Below are positions 49,679 through 59,031 of a stretch of DNA of 64,000 nucleotides, piece by piece. How positions within the stretch are numbered: the first letter of the stretch is position 1; every line of letters starts with the position of its first letter. Position numbers and translations under genes: made by a program. The notes beneath the pieces are model-generated. The model saw nothing but the letters and a program-made list of their open reading frames with translations. It had not been told where the DNA came from and did no database searches. Source of the stretch: an uncultured bacterium (GTDB lineage Bacteria; Acidobacteriota; HRBIN11; JAKEFK01); assembly GCA_963777505.1 (NCBI GenBank), contig CAVZQN010000006.1, forward strand, positions 1-64,000. The letters are read 5' to 3'.

Positions 49679-50221
49679 TTACACTGCGGAAGACTTATTC
49701 TTTTTTTGCCACACACCTGACCGGGCGCCCAAGTGCAACAGCCTAGCTTGCATTTCGGCAATACACTGGGCTTGCAGCTTATCCAACGGCTCGAAAATGT
49801 TATTGCGATTACCCACAATGACTACAAGCTGTAATTCCGGCCTGAGGGCCGTTTCCGGCCTAAGCCTAACGGCAAAATCAAATGGTTGAATCTCGCATCT
49901 ACAGGGCGATTTGTCCGGAAGGACGGCAGTTTTAACAATCTCTTCAAGCTCGACGTACATCTCCATCCAATCCTTGTCTTTGGGTGTTAAATGTCTGTTG
50001 TCGGAATCCGGGTGCTGAGCGTAGAGGTTGAGCATAAAACCAATTTGAGACTTCGTGAAATTGTTCAGAAGAATAAGCGGAGAAACTTCGAAACAAACCT
50101 TGTGCTTGCAAACCCATTGACTAAAACGTTCATTGGTGTTTGTCGATCTTTCTGTTTTGTTTAAATGATGATCGGATTCTGATCCGCTCATCTTTGTCTT
50201 ACCTACATCAACCTGTTTCAT
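49679..50221 (-). CDS. Hypothetical protein
   Basis: Long ORF co-oriented between two genes; start uncertain (50314 or 50221). Confidence 0.5.
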   Translation of the reverse strand: MKQVDVGKTKMSGSESDHHLNKTERSTNTNERFSQWVCKHKVCFEVSPLILLNNFTKSQIGFMLNLYAQHPDSDNRHLTPKDKDWMEMYVELEEIVKTAVLPDKSPCRCEIQPFDFAVRLRPETALRPELQLVVIVGNRNNIFEPLDKLQAQCIAEMQARLLHLGARSGVWQKKNKSSAV

Positions 50222-50326
50222 ATTCGTATTCTCGGCGTACCCCGACGAGAGGTTTGGGCGGCTAGCAAAACTTGGGTACGAGCGGCTAAATTCAACGCTA
50301 AAAACTTGATACACACTGATTCCTCG

Positions 50327-50770
50327 CTATCGAAAACGAAGCTTGTGCAATTCTTCGTGGCACATCGTGCTAAATTCTCGCAAGGGATCCATCGCGATGT
50401 TCTTCAAGATCTCCGGTATATCGTCAAAGGTTTTATTCGGCGCGAGATAGGTCTCGACGATTATGAACACAACCTTCTCCGCCTTCTCTACTACATGGAG
50501 CGCTGACAGAACACGCATCCTGCTGACCAAAGCGTAAAGGTTTACAAGATTTGAAATTTCTGCCTTATCGTGTTCATAGGCGTCCGCGTACAATCTCGAT
50601 GCCTCTTCGATGAACTGCCTGTATAGCTCTTCCCGCTTGTTCAGATCGTGTGCGAACCTTTGCGCTCTAAATTGCACGTGCTGGGTCAGCCACGACGCTG
50701 CCAAGGAAGTCAGGCCACCTATTATCGACCCGGCTAGCGCTGCTAAGGCGGTAACGTATATGGGATTCAT
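50327..50770 (-). CDS. Hypothetical protein with N-terminal TM helix
   Basis: GAGGAG RBS; MNPIYVTALAALAGSIIGGLTSLAASWLTQ followed by helical domain. Confidence 0.7.
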   Translation of the reverse strand: MNPIYVTALAALAGSIIGGLTSLAASWLTQHVQFRAQRFAHDLNKREELYRQFIEEASRLYADAYEHDKAEISNLVNLYALVSRMRVLSALHVVEKAEKVVFIIVETYLAPNKTFDDIPEILKNIAMDPLREFSTMCHEELHKLRFR

Positions 50771-50973
50771 AACTAGCTCCTCGATTATCGTCTGTCGTGA
50801 ATCAGGACTTGCAGAGAGTATCGTCGTAATGCTTCAGCAATTCGTAATCCACAGTTTAACGATTTCATCATTCCCTCCGTAGTTGATGAGTAATGCATGG
50901 AACGAACCGGCACAGCTTTTGTTAAAAGCCTCGTGCAATGTTTGCTGTGCCAGGTTCTGACCAAGCCCTCGCA

Positions 50974-52632
50974 TTACTTCATCCGCTCAAAACCTATGAG
51001 TCTGGATGCTCCTGATTCCCGCACAAAGTAAGCGCTCACAGGCATCTGCCATGATGGATGTTCCTTGCTCATTGCACTGATTTCAACTTTGATGTACGCA
51101 TCTTCCGTTGGCAGTTCGGCTGGTGCTTTCATCTGTTCCGTGGTTGCAGTTCTTTCACCGATTAACGTCGTCTCACCGGTTTCATTATTGAACGTGTACC
51201 ACTTCGCGGTATAGCTTTCGGGCGCCTGGGCAAAACCCGCCATTACTGCAGCATTTCCAAAAGTCAGAACTCCAGATGGATCTAAAGTAGGATCGATAAC
51301 AGGATTGATCGCCGTTAGGTACCTGCGACCAATTGCATCACGCCGCTCGATCAAAGCTTGTGTAAGGAAGACTGATGCCTCCTCATCCCGAAATTTACCG
51401 GTTTGTACTGCTCTGCGGATCGCATCATCAGAAAGCGTCATTAACTTGCGTGCCGCCCAAAATTTATCATCGTTACGTGCGCGTCTGAATGCAGCATTCG
51501 GAAGCTCGGGTTTCCACTTTTCTGGATCCCAGTTTGTATTGTCCAGCTTAAAACGTCCGACTCCGGAAGATTTGTAAAACTCATCTTTCCGCCACGGCAA
51601 AATGTAGAAGCCAAAGCTCGCCATTCCTTTCAAGATATGTGAACTACCTTCATACAAATATTCCGATCCATCCCAGTAATTGCGTGGTCCAACTGCGTCA
51701 CTTCCCAGAGTAGATCCGAAATCAAGCAAATGATGCCGCACAACTTTGATTCCGTTTTGTTCGATTAAAGTATCAAGCGAATTCATCGATCTGGAATCAA
51801 CGTGATTCAACCATGCGGAAAATACCCCGTAGCCGCGGAGTTCGCGCCGGTGTTCATGTGGAACTACATCATTTGGATCGTCAGGGAAGGTTCCATGAAA
51901 ACGGAAACCACTTAATGGAACGCCCGGCAGTGCTTTGCTTGCAACAACGCGATAGGCACCATCTTCATTCTTGGCTACCTTTTTTAACAGACTATTCAGA
52001 TCACCTCCAGTCATCTTCCGCTTTTTTCTGTTCAGTGGTCTGTAAGTTGCGCCTTCTCCAATCACCAGGTCTTCCCGGTGAAACGTAGCAATATAGTTTT
52101 CCGGCACATGATATCCAAGAGCCCAGAGGAGTTTTGTCACTGCTACTTCTGAACCTGTTGTCATATCGGAATATCCGGGTGGATCAAATTTGAGAAACCA
52201 AACTTGGCCAGTGCTGTCTTTGATTGTAAACCCCGGCGTTACGCCTTGAGACTTTGACGATATAACTGTCCATGTTCCTGGCGCGGGACCATTGCCCGTG
52301 TTTGGACCTTTCTCAATCATTTCCGGAGTGATCGTCATTTTGCCGGCGCGGTTTGTATACCAATTCGAATCGGGAACTTCATCGATTGTATTTATGTTTT
52401 GCGCACGAACATTCGGTGTCTTATCACCTGGATTTGTGAAAAGGTTTTCCAGTGCATCATAAATAACATCGGTTTCCCAAGCTTTGATTCCTGAAGCATC
52501 CTGTACATCCGGATCTACATAGATCGGATCATCATGATAAAACTTCATGGCCGCCTCACTATTGAATGTGAATGCAAAGATTATCAATGTGAAAACGACC
52601 GTAACAATTCTTTCTATTCTTGTATTTCTCAT
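50974..52632 (-). CDS. Secreted atypical kinase-fold protein (HipA/PI3-4K-like)
   Basis: AAGGAGG RBS before ATG 52632; signal peptide; FLKFD (beta3 Lys), SEVAVTKLLWALGYHVP (alphaC Glu), NHVDSRSMN (catalytic D...N), LLDFGSTLG (DFG). Confidence 0.65.
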   Translation of the reverse strand: MRNTRIERIVTVVFTLIIFAFTFNSEAAMKFYHDDPIYVDPDVQDASGIKAWETDVIYDALENLFTNPGDKTPNVRAQNINTIDEVPDSNWYTNRAGKMTITPEMIEKGPNTGNGPAPGTWTVISSKSQGVTPGFTIKDSTGQVWFLKFDPPGYSDMTTGSEVAVTKLLWALGYHVPENYIATFHREDLVIGEGATYRPLNRKKRKMTGGDLNSLLKKVAKNEDGAYRVVASKALPGVPLSGFRFHGTFPDDPNDVVPHEHRRELRGYGVFSAWLNHVDSRSMNSLDTLIEQNGIKVVRHHLLDFGSTLGSDAVGPRNYWDGSEYLYEGSSHILKGMASFGFYILPWRKDEFYKSSGVGRFKLDNTNWDPEKWKPELPNAAFRRARNDDKFWAARKLMTLSDDAIRRAVQTGKFRDEEASVFLTQALIERRDAIGRRYLTAINPVIDPTLDPSGVLTFGNAAVMAGFAQAPESYTAKWYTFNNETGETTLIGERTATTEQMKAPAELPTEDAYIKVEISAMSKEHPSWQMPVSAYFVRESGASRLIGFERMK

Positions 52633-52642
52633 GGTTGCCTCC

Positions 52643-53882
52643 TTAATACGTATGACCGAATGAAACAATGAATCTCGGTTTATTTTCATCACTGAAAGCT
52701 GTATCAAAACGGAACACAGCAGTCTGACGCGCGTGAATCCGCATACCTATTCCATACGAATCCTTCAAGTCTTCGAAATCCAGATCTGATCGTTTAGACG
52801 CAACGCGACCGATGTCATAAAAGATCGCCATATCTACAAAATGGGAAGGTGTCCAGATGTACTCTAAAGTCAACCCCATCATGTGTCGATCCTGAAAACG
52901 ATCATCGAGATATCCGCGGACTCGATATCCTCCTCCGATACTTGGAAGCAGATAATGAGGTACGTCATTTCCGTCATCAGTTTCTGTTGTTGAGAAATAG
53001 CCGATTGGATGGATAATCCAGTTTGAACGGAGAATTGGAATCCACGCGGATGCGACAACATCGATTCGCTCAAATGAAAAAGGATTGTCATCGGCTTCGT
53101 CATATTTTAGGTAATCGGCTTGAAGCAAGAGCCCTTGATTGTAGTAGGAACGTTCAGGGCGAGTGTCGATCCTGGCAAAACCGCGGTACACGTTGTAGGT
53201 TAAGTCTGTTTCAAGGCCAGGAGCAGTTGACGGCGTAAATTTTTCTTCAATCGAAGATGACGATCCATCACCGGGAGATGTTGAGACATCCAGGTATTCG
53301 TAACCCCCACCCAAAGACAACCATTTCACCGGCTCAATCGTGCCGATAAATTTGGCTGACGTTGGTTGATACGCAAAATTTGTCTTGTTATCTTCTAATG
53401 AATCATTACCGATACCGAAAAACTTAACTTGCGTCGCATCAATGTAAGATCCACCGAGATCGAATTTAATGCGCTTGTCTGCTAACTCTGGAAGATGAAA
53501 ATTCGTTTCAACGAGTTTGTAACCTGCAACCGAATACCCTCCATGAATATCAAATGATCCGGTATCGCCAAAGACCTTGTGGAACCCTGCTCCAGCAGCC
53601 GCACCGCCACCTGAATAGACATTTCCAAACCATGGATATATGCCTCTTGGCTCGGTTAAAAATCCCCAACGCTGCAATCTACCAATCCAAACTTCAGCTC
53701 CATTGGGCTCATATTCTTTTAGATTCTTTTGATTTCTCTGTTTTCTCTGAAATGAGTTGTTCAGTCCGGCTCTCTTGCCCCCAAACTAAACATGGAATCA
53801 GAAAATAGATGGCCGTAAAAAACGCAATCGACCACATGAGGTCGAATCGATTCCTAATTAAAAGTTTTTCAGGCATAAACAT
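52643..53882 (-). CDS. Omp85 (BamA/TamA family) outer membrane beta-barrel without POTRA domains, frameshift near 53720
   Basis: AGGAGG RBS before ATG 53882 and signal peptide in another frame; barrel with VRGY..DRF, FYDIGRV, SYGIGMR and aromatic C-terminus FGHTY. Confidence 0.8.
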
Positions 53883-53941
53883 TACCTCCTTGAGACCTAC
53901 TTAGATAAGAGCGTTTGTTTAGGTCCTGTAAGCAGCTTAAG

Positions 53942-53956
53942 GCAAGCAATGTGCCA
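53942..53956 (-). promoter_or_regulatory. Sigma54 (-24/-12) promoter for the Omp85/kinase operon
   Basis: Minus strand TGGCAC-ATTGC-TTGC, about 60 nt upstream of ATG 53882. Confidence 0.85.
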
Positions 53957-53986
53957 GATGATGTTTCGAGACAGATGAAAAAGGAG

Positions 53987-54035
53987 ATGTCAAATTTGTC
54001 AATGAGATTTTGACGTGTGTCAAACGATTTGACAC
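53987..54035. promoter_or_regulatory. Enhancer (UAS) array B between divergent sigma54 promoters
   Basis: TGTCAAATTTGTCAA-N7-TTGAC-GTG-TGTCAA-N5-TTGACAC. Confidence 0.65.
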
Positions 54036-54208
54036 ATCGAGAGTTCATAAACCAAGAAGAACGGAGTGTTAAATTCTAATACTATAAAATTAAATAATTA
54101 GATTTCGGACTATGCTGATGGAATAGAGATGAAACGCCTTAGATTCGCCCTGCTATTACGGAAATAATTCCAGCAAGATAGTTCTCAAGAATGCCCCCCT
54201 CCGAAGAC

Positions 54209-54224
54209 TGGCATCCAACTTGCA
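54209..54224 (+). promoter_or_regulatory. Sigma54 (-24/-12) promoter for the UbiB-family kinase
   Basis: TGGCAT-CCAAC-TTGCA. Confidence 0.8.
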
Positions 54225-54272
54225 CCTCATTATATGGAGTTCAAATGTTTAACTAGACGTGGGGTGAAAGAT

Positions 54273-56102
54273 ATGAAAAAGACATATACGTTCCTGATTT
54301 TGACACTACTTTTTGGCCAAGCGTTACTAGGCCATTCAGTCACGAGCGATGAGATCCCGTCGCAAAACATTTCTCTCCCAACTCCGCGGAGTCACTACGA
54401 ACACGTGCAATCGGGCGCCTCGGGAGCTCCTCTACTTCTTGCTCTGGTGAATGAACTTGATCCCGCGACTCAAAAGGCAGTGATGACAGAACTCAATTCT
54501 CCACAAGTCCAACTCATTCTCAGCGCAGCGGAAACGGGATTCACAGGAGTCACGAGACCTCCAGAGGCGCAGACTATTTCATTACTTCAACAGATTAATT
54601 GGACCACGTGGCGACCACTGATGTCAGAGTTCATGTTGCATCAGTCACGAGTGCTCGAAATTATTCCGCCAAAGTATCAGGAATTTTTAATTCCGATTGT
54701 GCATGATTCATTGCTCTACTTTCTTGATCACCTTCCCCAAGAGCGGTTCATAGAAAAATTGGTGGACATTGCGTATCTGCCAAAAGACGCAACTCGCGGC
54801 GACTACCTCGCAGCGTTCGTTTCTAAAACTCCGAGTCTGCAAAAAGTAGGGCAAATCCTTGCACGGAATCCTGCGTTGTCTCCAGAGTACCAGGCAGCAC
54901 TCCAGCTATTGGAAAACGATATTCACTCAGTAACACGTGATGAGCTGGCTCGATTCATTTCCGATGATGTCGGTAAAGACAACATCGATAAATACGATGT
55001 GGAAATCGCCGATCAGATTCTTGCGGAAGGCAGCGTGGGCGCAGTAATTCGAGTCACTTTCCTTGAGCCGACATCATCAGCCAGACGACGCCAGGCGATT
55101 TGCAAAGTGATCAAACCCTACGCGCTGATCAATCTACCTCAGGAACTCGAAATCATTGATGGTTTGGCAGACTACTTCACAAAGGAACATGATTTTTATC
55201 AACTCGGCGTCATACCTCTTGGTGAGATGTTTACCGAAGTCAAAAAGGCGCTGACGGATGAGATCAACATCGTTCGTGAGCAGCAAAACCTGGCTAATGC
55301 ATGGCGGTATTATCGGGGCAACAAGAACATCGTTGTTCCGGAACTGTATCCGTTTTCTACGAAGAATGTCACATTCATGGAGTTCATTGTGGGGGAGAAG
55401 ATTACAAATGCCTTTAAAGGGCAACCAGAGCAACGCGCGATTATGGCGAAACGCCTTCTGGATGTTATGACTCGTGATGTGATTTTTGCTGAAAGCAAAG
55501 AATCAGTTTTTCATGGCGATCCGCATGCGGGCAATGTTTTTCACGTCACTGGAGATCCAAAGGATCCCTATCAAATTGCACTTTTGGATTGGGGATTATA
55601 CGGAACATTCCCGCGCAAGGATCGAGTCGCGCTGATGCAGTTGATGCTTGGAGTTCAACTCAAAGATGCCAAACGCCTTCACAATTATGTAGGGGCGTTA
55701 CTCGCAGATGGAATGCCGGATTCTCCCGAAAAGATTCAGCAGATTGATGGAATGATTGCAAAAGTTCTTTCATCAAAGAACAAAGGGGGCAGTTTCGATG
55801 CCCTGGCAGAGTTACTGGCAAGTCTGATCAACGAAGGATATGCAACCAAATTTAGTTTGAACCTGTTCATCAAGTCGCAGGTTACGATTGCCGGAATTCT
55901 GAAGCAGTTGGATCCAAAGCTCGATCAGGATGCCTACTTAATGCAACAGGTCATAAGTCTTGTGAAAAAGGAGATCCCAAAACGGATACTATTCACGGTG
56001 TGGTTTCCTGCATGGAACTCACACAGCTATCGTAGTCTGCTTTCCAATAAGGACATTTTGGACGTTCGCCGCCTTTCAAAGCAAAAAGAGAAAGAGAGAT
56101 GA
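54273..56102 (+). CDS. ABC1/AarF/UbiB family atypical kinase with N-terminal signal peptide
   Basis: QKVGQ (KxGQ), AEGSVGAV, ICKVIKP, FHGDPHAGN, LLDWG; likely start MKKTYTFLILTLLFGQALLG. Confidence 0.8.
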   Translation: MKKTYTFLILTLLFGQALLGHSVTSDEIPSQNISLPTPRSHYEHVQSGASGAPLLLALVNELDPATQKAVMTELNSPQVQLILSAAETGFTGVTRPPEAQTISLLQQINWTTWRPLMSEFMLHQSRVLEIIPPKYQEFLIPIVHDSLLYFLDHLPQERFIEKLVDIAYLPKDATRGDYLAAFVSKTPSLQKVGQILARNPALSPEYQAALQLLENDIHSVTRDELARFISDDVGKDNIDKYDVEIADQILAEGSVGAVIRVTFLEPTSSARRRQAICKVIKPYALINLPQELEIIDGLADYFTKEHDFYQLGVIPLGEMFTEVKKALTDEINIVREQQNLANAWRYYRGNKNIVVPELYPFSTKNVTFMEFIVGEKITNAFKGQPEQRAIMAKRLLDVMTRDVIFAESKESVFHGDPHAGNVFHVTGDPKDPYQIALLDWGLYGTFPRKDRVALMQLMLGVQLKDAKRLHNYVGALLADGMPDSPEKIQQIDGMIAKVLSSKNKGGSFDALAELLASLINEGYATKFSLNLFIKSQVTIAGILKQLDPKLDQDAYLMQQVISLVKKEIPKRILFTVWFPAWNSHSYRSLLSNKDILDVRRLSKQKEKER

Positions 56103-56288
56103 AAAAGCTCGCAAAGTTTTTGGGTCAATGTTCCGAAATCGAAGAGTTGAGATATGGAAAAAACTTCCGATATAATGAAAAACGAATTCTCTCTGGTGAG
56201 ATTAATAGTAGAACGGATCGAGTTCCAAACTCTCCAGATTTAAATCTACTTACGTTTTTTCCGCATTCGAACCAATACAGGAAGACTC

Positions 56289-56750
56289 ATGGCCTTTCAA
56301 ACTAGGGAGACTTCGGGACGCGTTTTGCTGGTTGAAGACGATCCCAAGGATGTTGAGCTAACACTTACGGCATTAGATGAATATAATCTTGCTAAATCGG
56401 TCGTTGTTGTCTCTGATGGTGAACAGGCGCTCGATTATCTGTATTATGGTGGTATTTTTGCGCAACGTCCCCGCGAAAATCCCGCCGTCATCCTGCTTGA
56501 TTTGAAATTGCCTAAGATCGATGGACTTGAAGTATTGAAGAAGATTAAGTCTGATGAGATCTTGAAAATGATTCCGGTAGTCATACTGACCTCTTCCCGT
56601 GAAGAGAGGGATCTTGTGGACAGTTACAGTTTAGGCGTCAACGCATATGTTGTGAAGCCACTGGATTTCCACGAATTTGTCAATTCGGTTAAAGAGCTCG
56701 GAATATTTTGGACGGTCATTAACGAACCGCCCCCAGGAAGTGCCTCATGA
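56289..56750 (+). CDS. Single-domain response regulator (Rcp1-like)
   Basis: LLVEDD, ILLDLKLPKIDG, VILTSS, GVNAYVVKP, FW. Confidence 0.92.
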   Translation: MAFQTRETSGRVLLVEDDPKDVELTLTALDEYNLAKSVVVVSDGEQALDYLYYGGIFAQRPRENPAVILLDLKLPKIDGLEVLKKIKSDEILKMIPVVILTSSREERDLVDSYSLGVNAYVVKPLDFHEFVNSVKELGIFWTVINEPPPGSAS

Positions 56751-58705
56751 AGGACGATAATCAGCGGTGTGTTGAATGTTTAAGAATCGTGCATCTGGAA
56801 GACGATCCGGCCGACGCAGAGCTGGTTCAGGAGAGGTTGGCAATCGAAGGAATTGAATGTGACATAACGCGTGTCCAGACAGAATCACAATTTAGAAGCG
56901 CACTCGAACAACGATGTGATCTTATCCTGGCCGATTACACATTGCCCTTCTTTGATGGACTCTCAGCATTGAGCATTGTACGCCAGCAACAACCCGATCT
57001 ACCGTTTATCTTTGTTTCCGGAACGCTCGGTGAGGAAGTCGCGATTGAAGCCCTCAAGATCGGTGCGACTGATTACGTGTTGAAACAACGGCTGTCTCGC
57101 CTTGCTCCTGCTGTAGGTCGTGCCTTGCGCGAAGCCGAAGAAATAGCCGAGCGCAAACATGCCGAGGAAGCGACTCGCGAAACTCAAAAACAACTCGCAC
57201 GAGAAAAAGAACGTCTAAAGCTGGTTCTTGATTTTACGAATAAAGTCGCATCGAACCTGGATTTACAGGAAATACTTCGAGCGACTTCTGCCAACGTTCG
57301 GCGTGTTATGAAATGTGATTCCGTGACAATGTTTCTTCCTGATGATGAAGCCAAGAATTTGTTCCCTATAGCATTTGATGTTCCTGAGGGAAAACAGCTT
57401 TTTGATGATGCGGCTGGAATGCCTATTGAAGGGACTGTAGAGGGAAAAGTCTTCGTTGAAGGAAAACCATTTGTGGTGACTATTGATACACTCAAAATGT
57501 ACCCAGAATCATATCGTCGAGCGACTGCATTAGGATTGAATTGTGGCTGCGTATTGCCGTTGATTCATCGAAATCATGTACTGGGTATTCTCGCGCTCGA
57601 CAGGCAAGCCCTAGAACCATTTGAAGATGAGGAAGTTGATTTCCTGGTTCAACTCGCAAATCAAGTTGCACTTGCTGTTGACAATGCCCTTGTTCATGAG
57701 CAGACTACGGCGCTAAAAGATAAGCTAGCGCAGGAAAAACTGTATTTGGAAGATGAGATCCGAAATGAAATCGGCTTTAAAGAAATTATAGGACAAACTC
57801 CGCGTCTATTACATGTTTTGCAGGAAGTTGAAACAGTAGCACCGACAGATTCTAATGTATTAATTCTTGGGGAAACCGGCACTGGCAAAGAGCTCATTGC
57901 TCGGGCGATCCATGATCACAGTCCGCGAAAGCCTCGCACTTTTGTGAAATTAAATTGCGCAGCAATACCAACAGGATTGCTTGAAAGCGAATTGTTTGGT
58001 CATGAAAAAGGCGCCTTCACTGGAGCGGTTACACAACGCATCGGAAGATTAGAATTAGCGAATCAGGGGACCTTATTCTTGGATGAAATTGGTGACATTC
58101 CTCTAGAACTGCAATCAAAATTGCTTCGTGCTCTTCAAGAGCGGGAATTCGAAAGACTTGGCAGCTCACATACACGAAAAGTCGATGTTCGTATTGTTGC
58201 AGCTACCAATCGCGATTTGCAAAAGATGGTTGCCGATCGTGAATTTCGGAGTGATCTGTACTATCGACTGAACGTTTTCCCGATCCGCATTCCGCCACTC
58301 CGCGAGCGCTCGGACGACATTCCCCTGCTTGTTCGTGCATTCACGCAGAAATACGCGATTCGAATGAATAAACGGGTTGATAGCATTCCTGCTAACGTAT
58401 TAAAGAAATTGAAAGCCTGGAATTGGCCCGGCAATGTGCGGGAGTTGGAAAATTTCATTGAGCGTTCTGTAATTTTGACGACTGGAGATGTCTTGAACGT
58501 TCCTCTTCAGGAATTAGCAGGAGACACTATCGGAGCAGGCGCTTTTGAAGGATCATCGGAACGTGATCAATTAATCAAGGTGCTGAAAGAGACGAAAGGG
58601 CGGGTCGGCGGCTCAACAGGAGCCGCCAAGCTGCTAGGCATTAAGCGCACAACTTTAATAGCGCGCCTGAAAAAATACGGCATCAACCCCCGCCATATGT
58701 CATAA
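56747..58705 (+). CDS. REC-GAF-AAA+-HTH sigma54 activator (FhlA-like)
   Basis: HLEDD...LADY...GATDYVLK receiver; GAF; EKLYLEDEI; [14 protein letters not shown]; [17 protein letters not shown]. Confidence 0.92.
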   Translation: MKDDNQRCVECLRIVHLEDDPADAELVQERLAIEGIECDITRVQTESQFRSALEQRCDLILADYTLPFFDGLSALSIVRQQQPDLPFIFVSGTLGEEVAIEALKIGATDYVLKQRLSRLAPAVGRALREAEEIAERKHAEEATRETQKQLAREKERLKLVLDFTNKVASNLDLQEILRATSANVRRVMKCDSVTMFLPDDEAKNLFPIAFDVPEGKQLFDDAAGMPIEGTVEGKVFVEGKPFVVTIDTLKMYPESYRRATALGLNCGCVLPLIHRNHVLGILALDRQALEPFEDEEVDFLVQLANQVALAVDNALVHEQTTALKDKLAQEKLYLEDEIRNEIGFKEIIGQTPRLLHVLQEVETVAPTDSNVLILGETGTGKELIARAIHDHSPRKPRTFVKLNCAAIPTGLLESELFGHEKGAFTGAVTQRIGRLELANQGTLFLDEIGDIPLELQSKLLRALQEREFERLGSSHTRKVDVRIVAATNRDLQKMVADREFRSDLYYRLNVFPIRIPPLRERSDDIPLLVRAFTQKYAIRMNKRVDSIPANVLKKLKAWNWPGNVRELENFIERSVILTTGDVLNVPLQELAGDTIGAGAFEGSSERDQLIKVLKETKGRVGGSTGAAKLLGIKRTTLIARLKKYGINPRHMS

Positions 58706-58886
58706 CATTTCGTTCTGGCAGAATCGTATTAGCCCAAAACAGTCAGGTTTCAACAATTACAATTCCTTAATACCCTACTGTAGTAGTAACTTTTTTCTTG
58801 AAGCAACTCTGGGGCGCGTCAAAATTCCTGTCTGGTTCCTTGGTTTCATAAACATTCAAATCAACACCTTCTTTGAGTAACGAAGA

Positions 58887-58939
58887 GTGTCAAAAAAACA
58901 TTTGACAATTGTCAATTTTTCTTTGGTCAAACTTTGACG
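58887..58939. promoter_or_regulatory. Enhancer (UAS) array C
   Basis: GTGTCAA-N8-TTGACA-AT-TGTCAA...GGTCAA-ACT-TTGACG. Confidence 0.55.
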
Positions 58940-58968
58940 AATTACCGCGTGGTATGTCGACGCGATTA

Positions 58969-58984
58969 TGGCACATCGCTTGCT
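58969..58984 (+). promoter_or_regulatory. Sigma54 (-24/-12) promoter for the RND operon
   Basis: TGGCAC-ATCGC-TTGCT, 48 nt upstream of ATG 59032. Confidence 0.85.
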
Positions 58985-59031
58985 CAAAGCCTCTTCAGAG
59001 TACGTGAATCGTTAAGAACGGAGAAGCAAAA

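Noticed and set aside
50908-50952. GGCAC-containing sigma54-like sites on both strands
   Set aside because: Wrong -12 element or spacing; explained by the inverted repeat.
56099-56305. 68-aa ORF between the UbiB kinase and the response regulator
   Set aside because: Overlaps both neighbours but has no recognisable features; not enough support to call.
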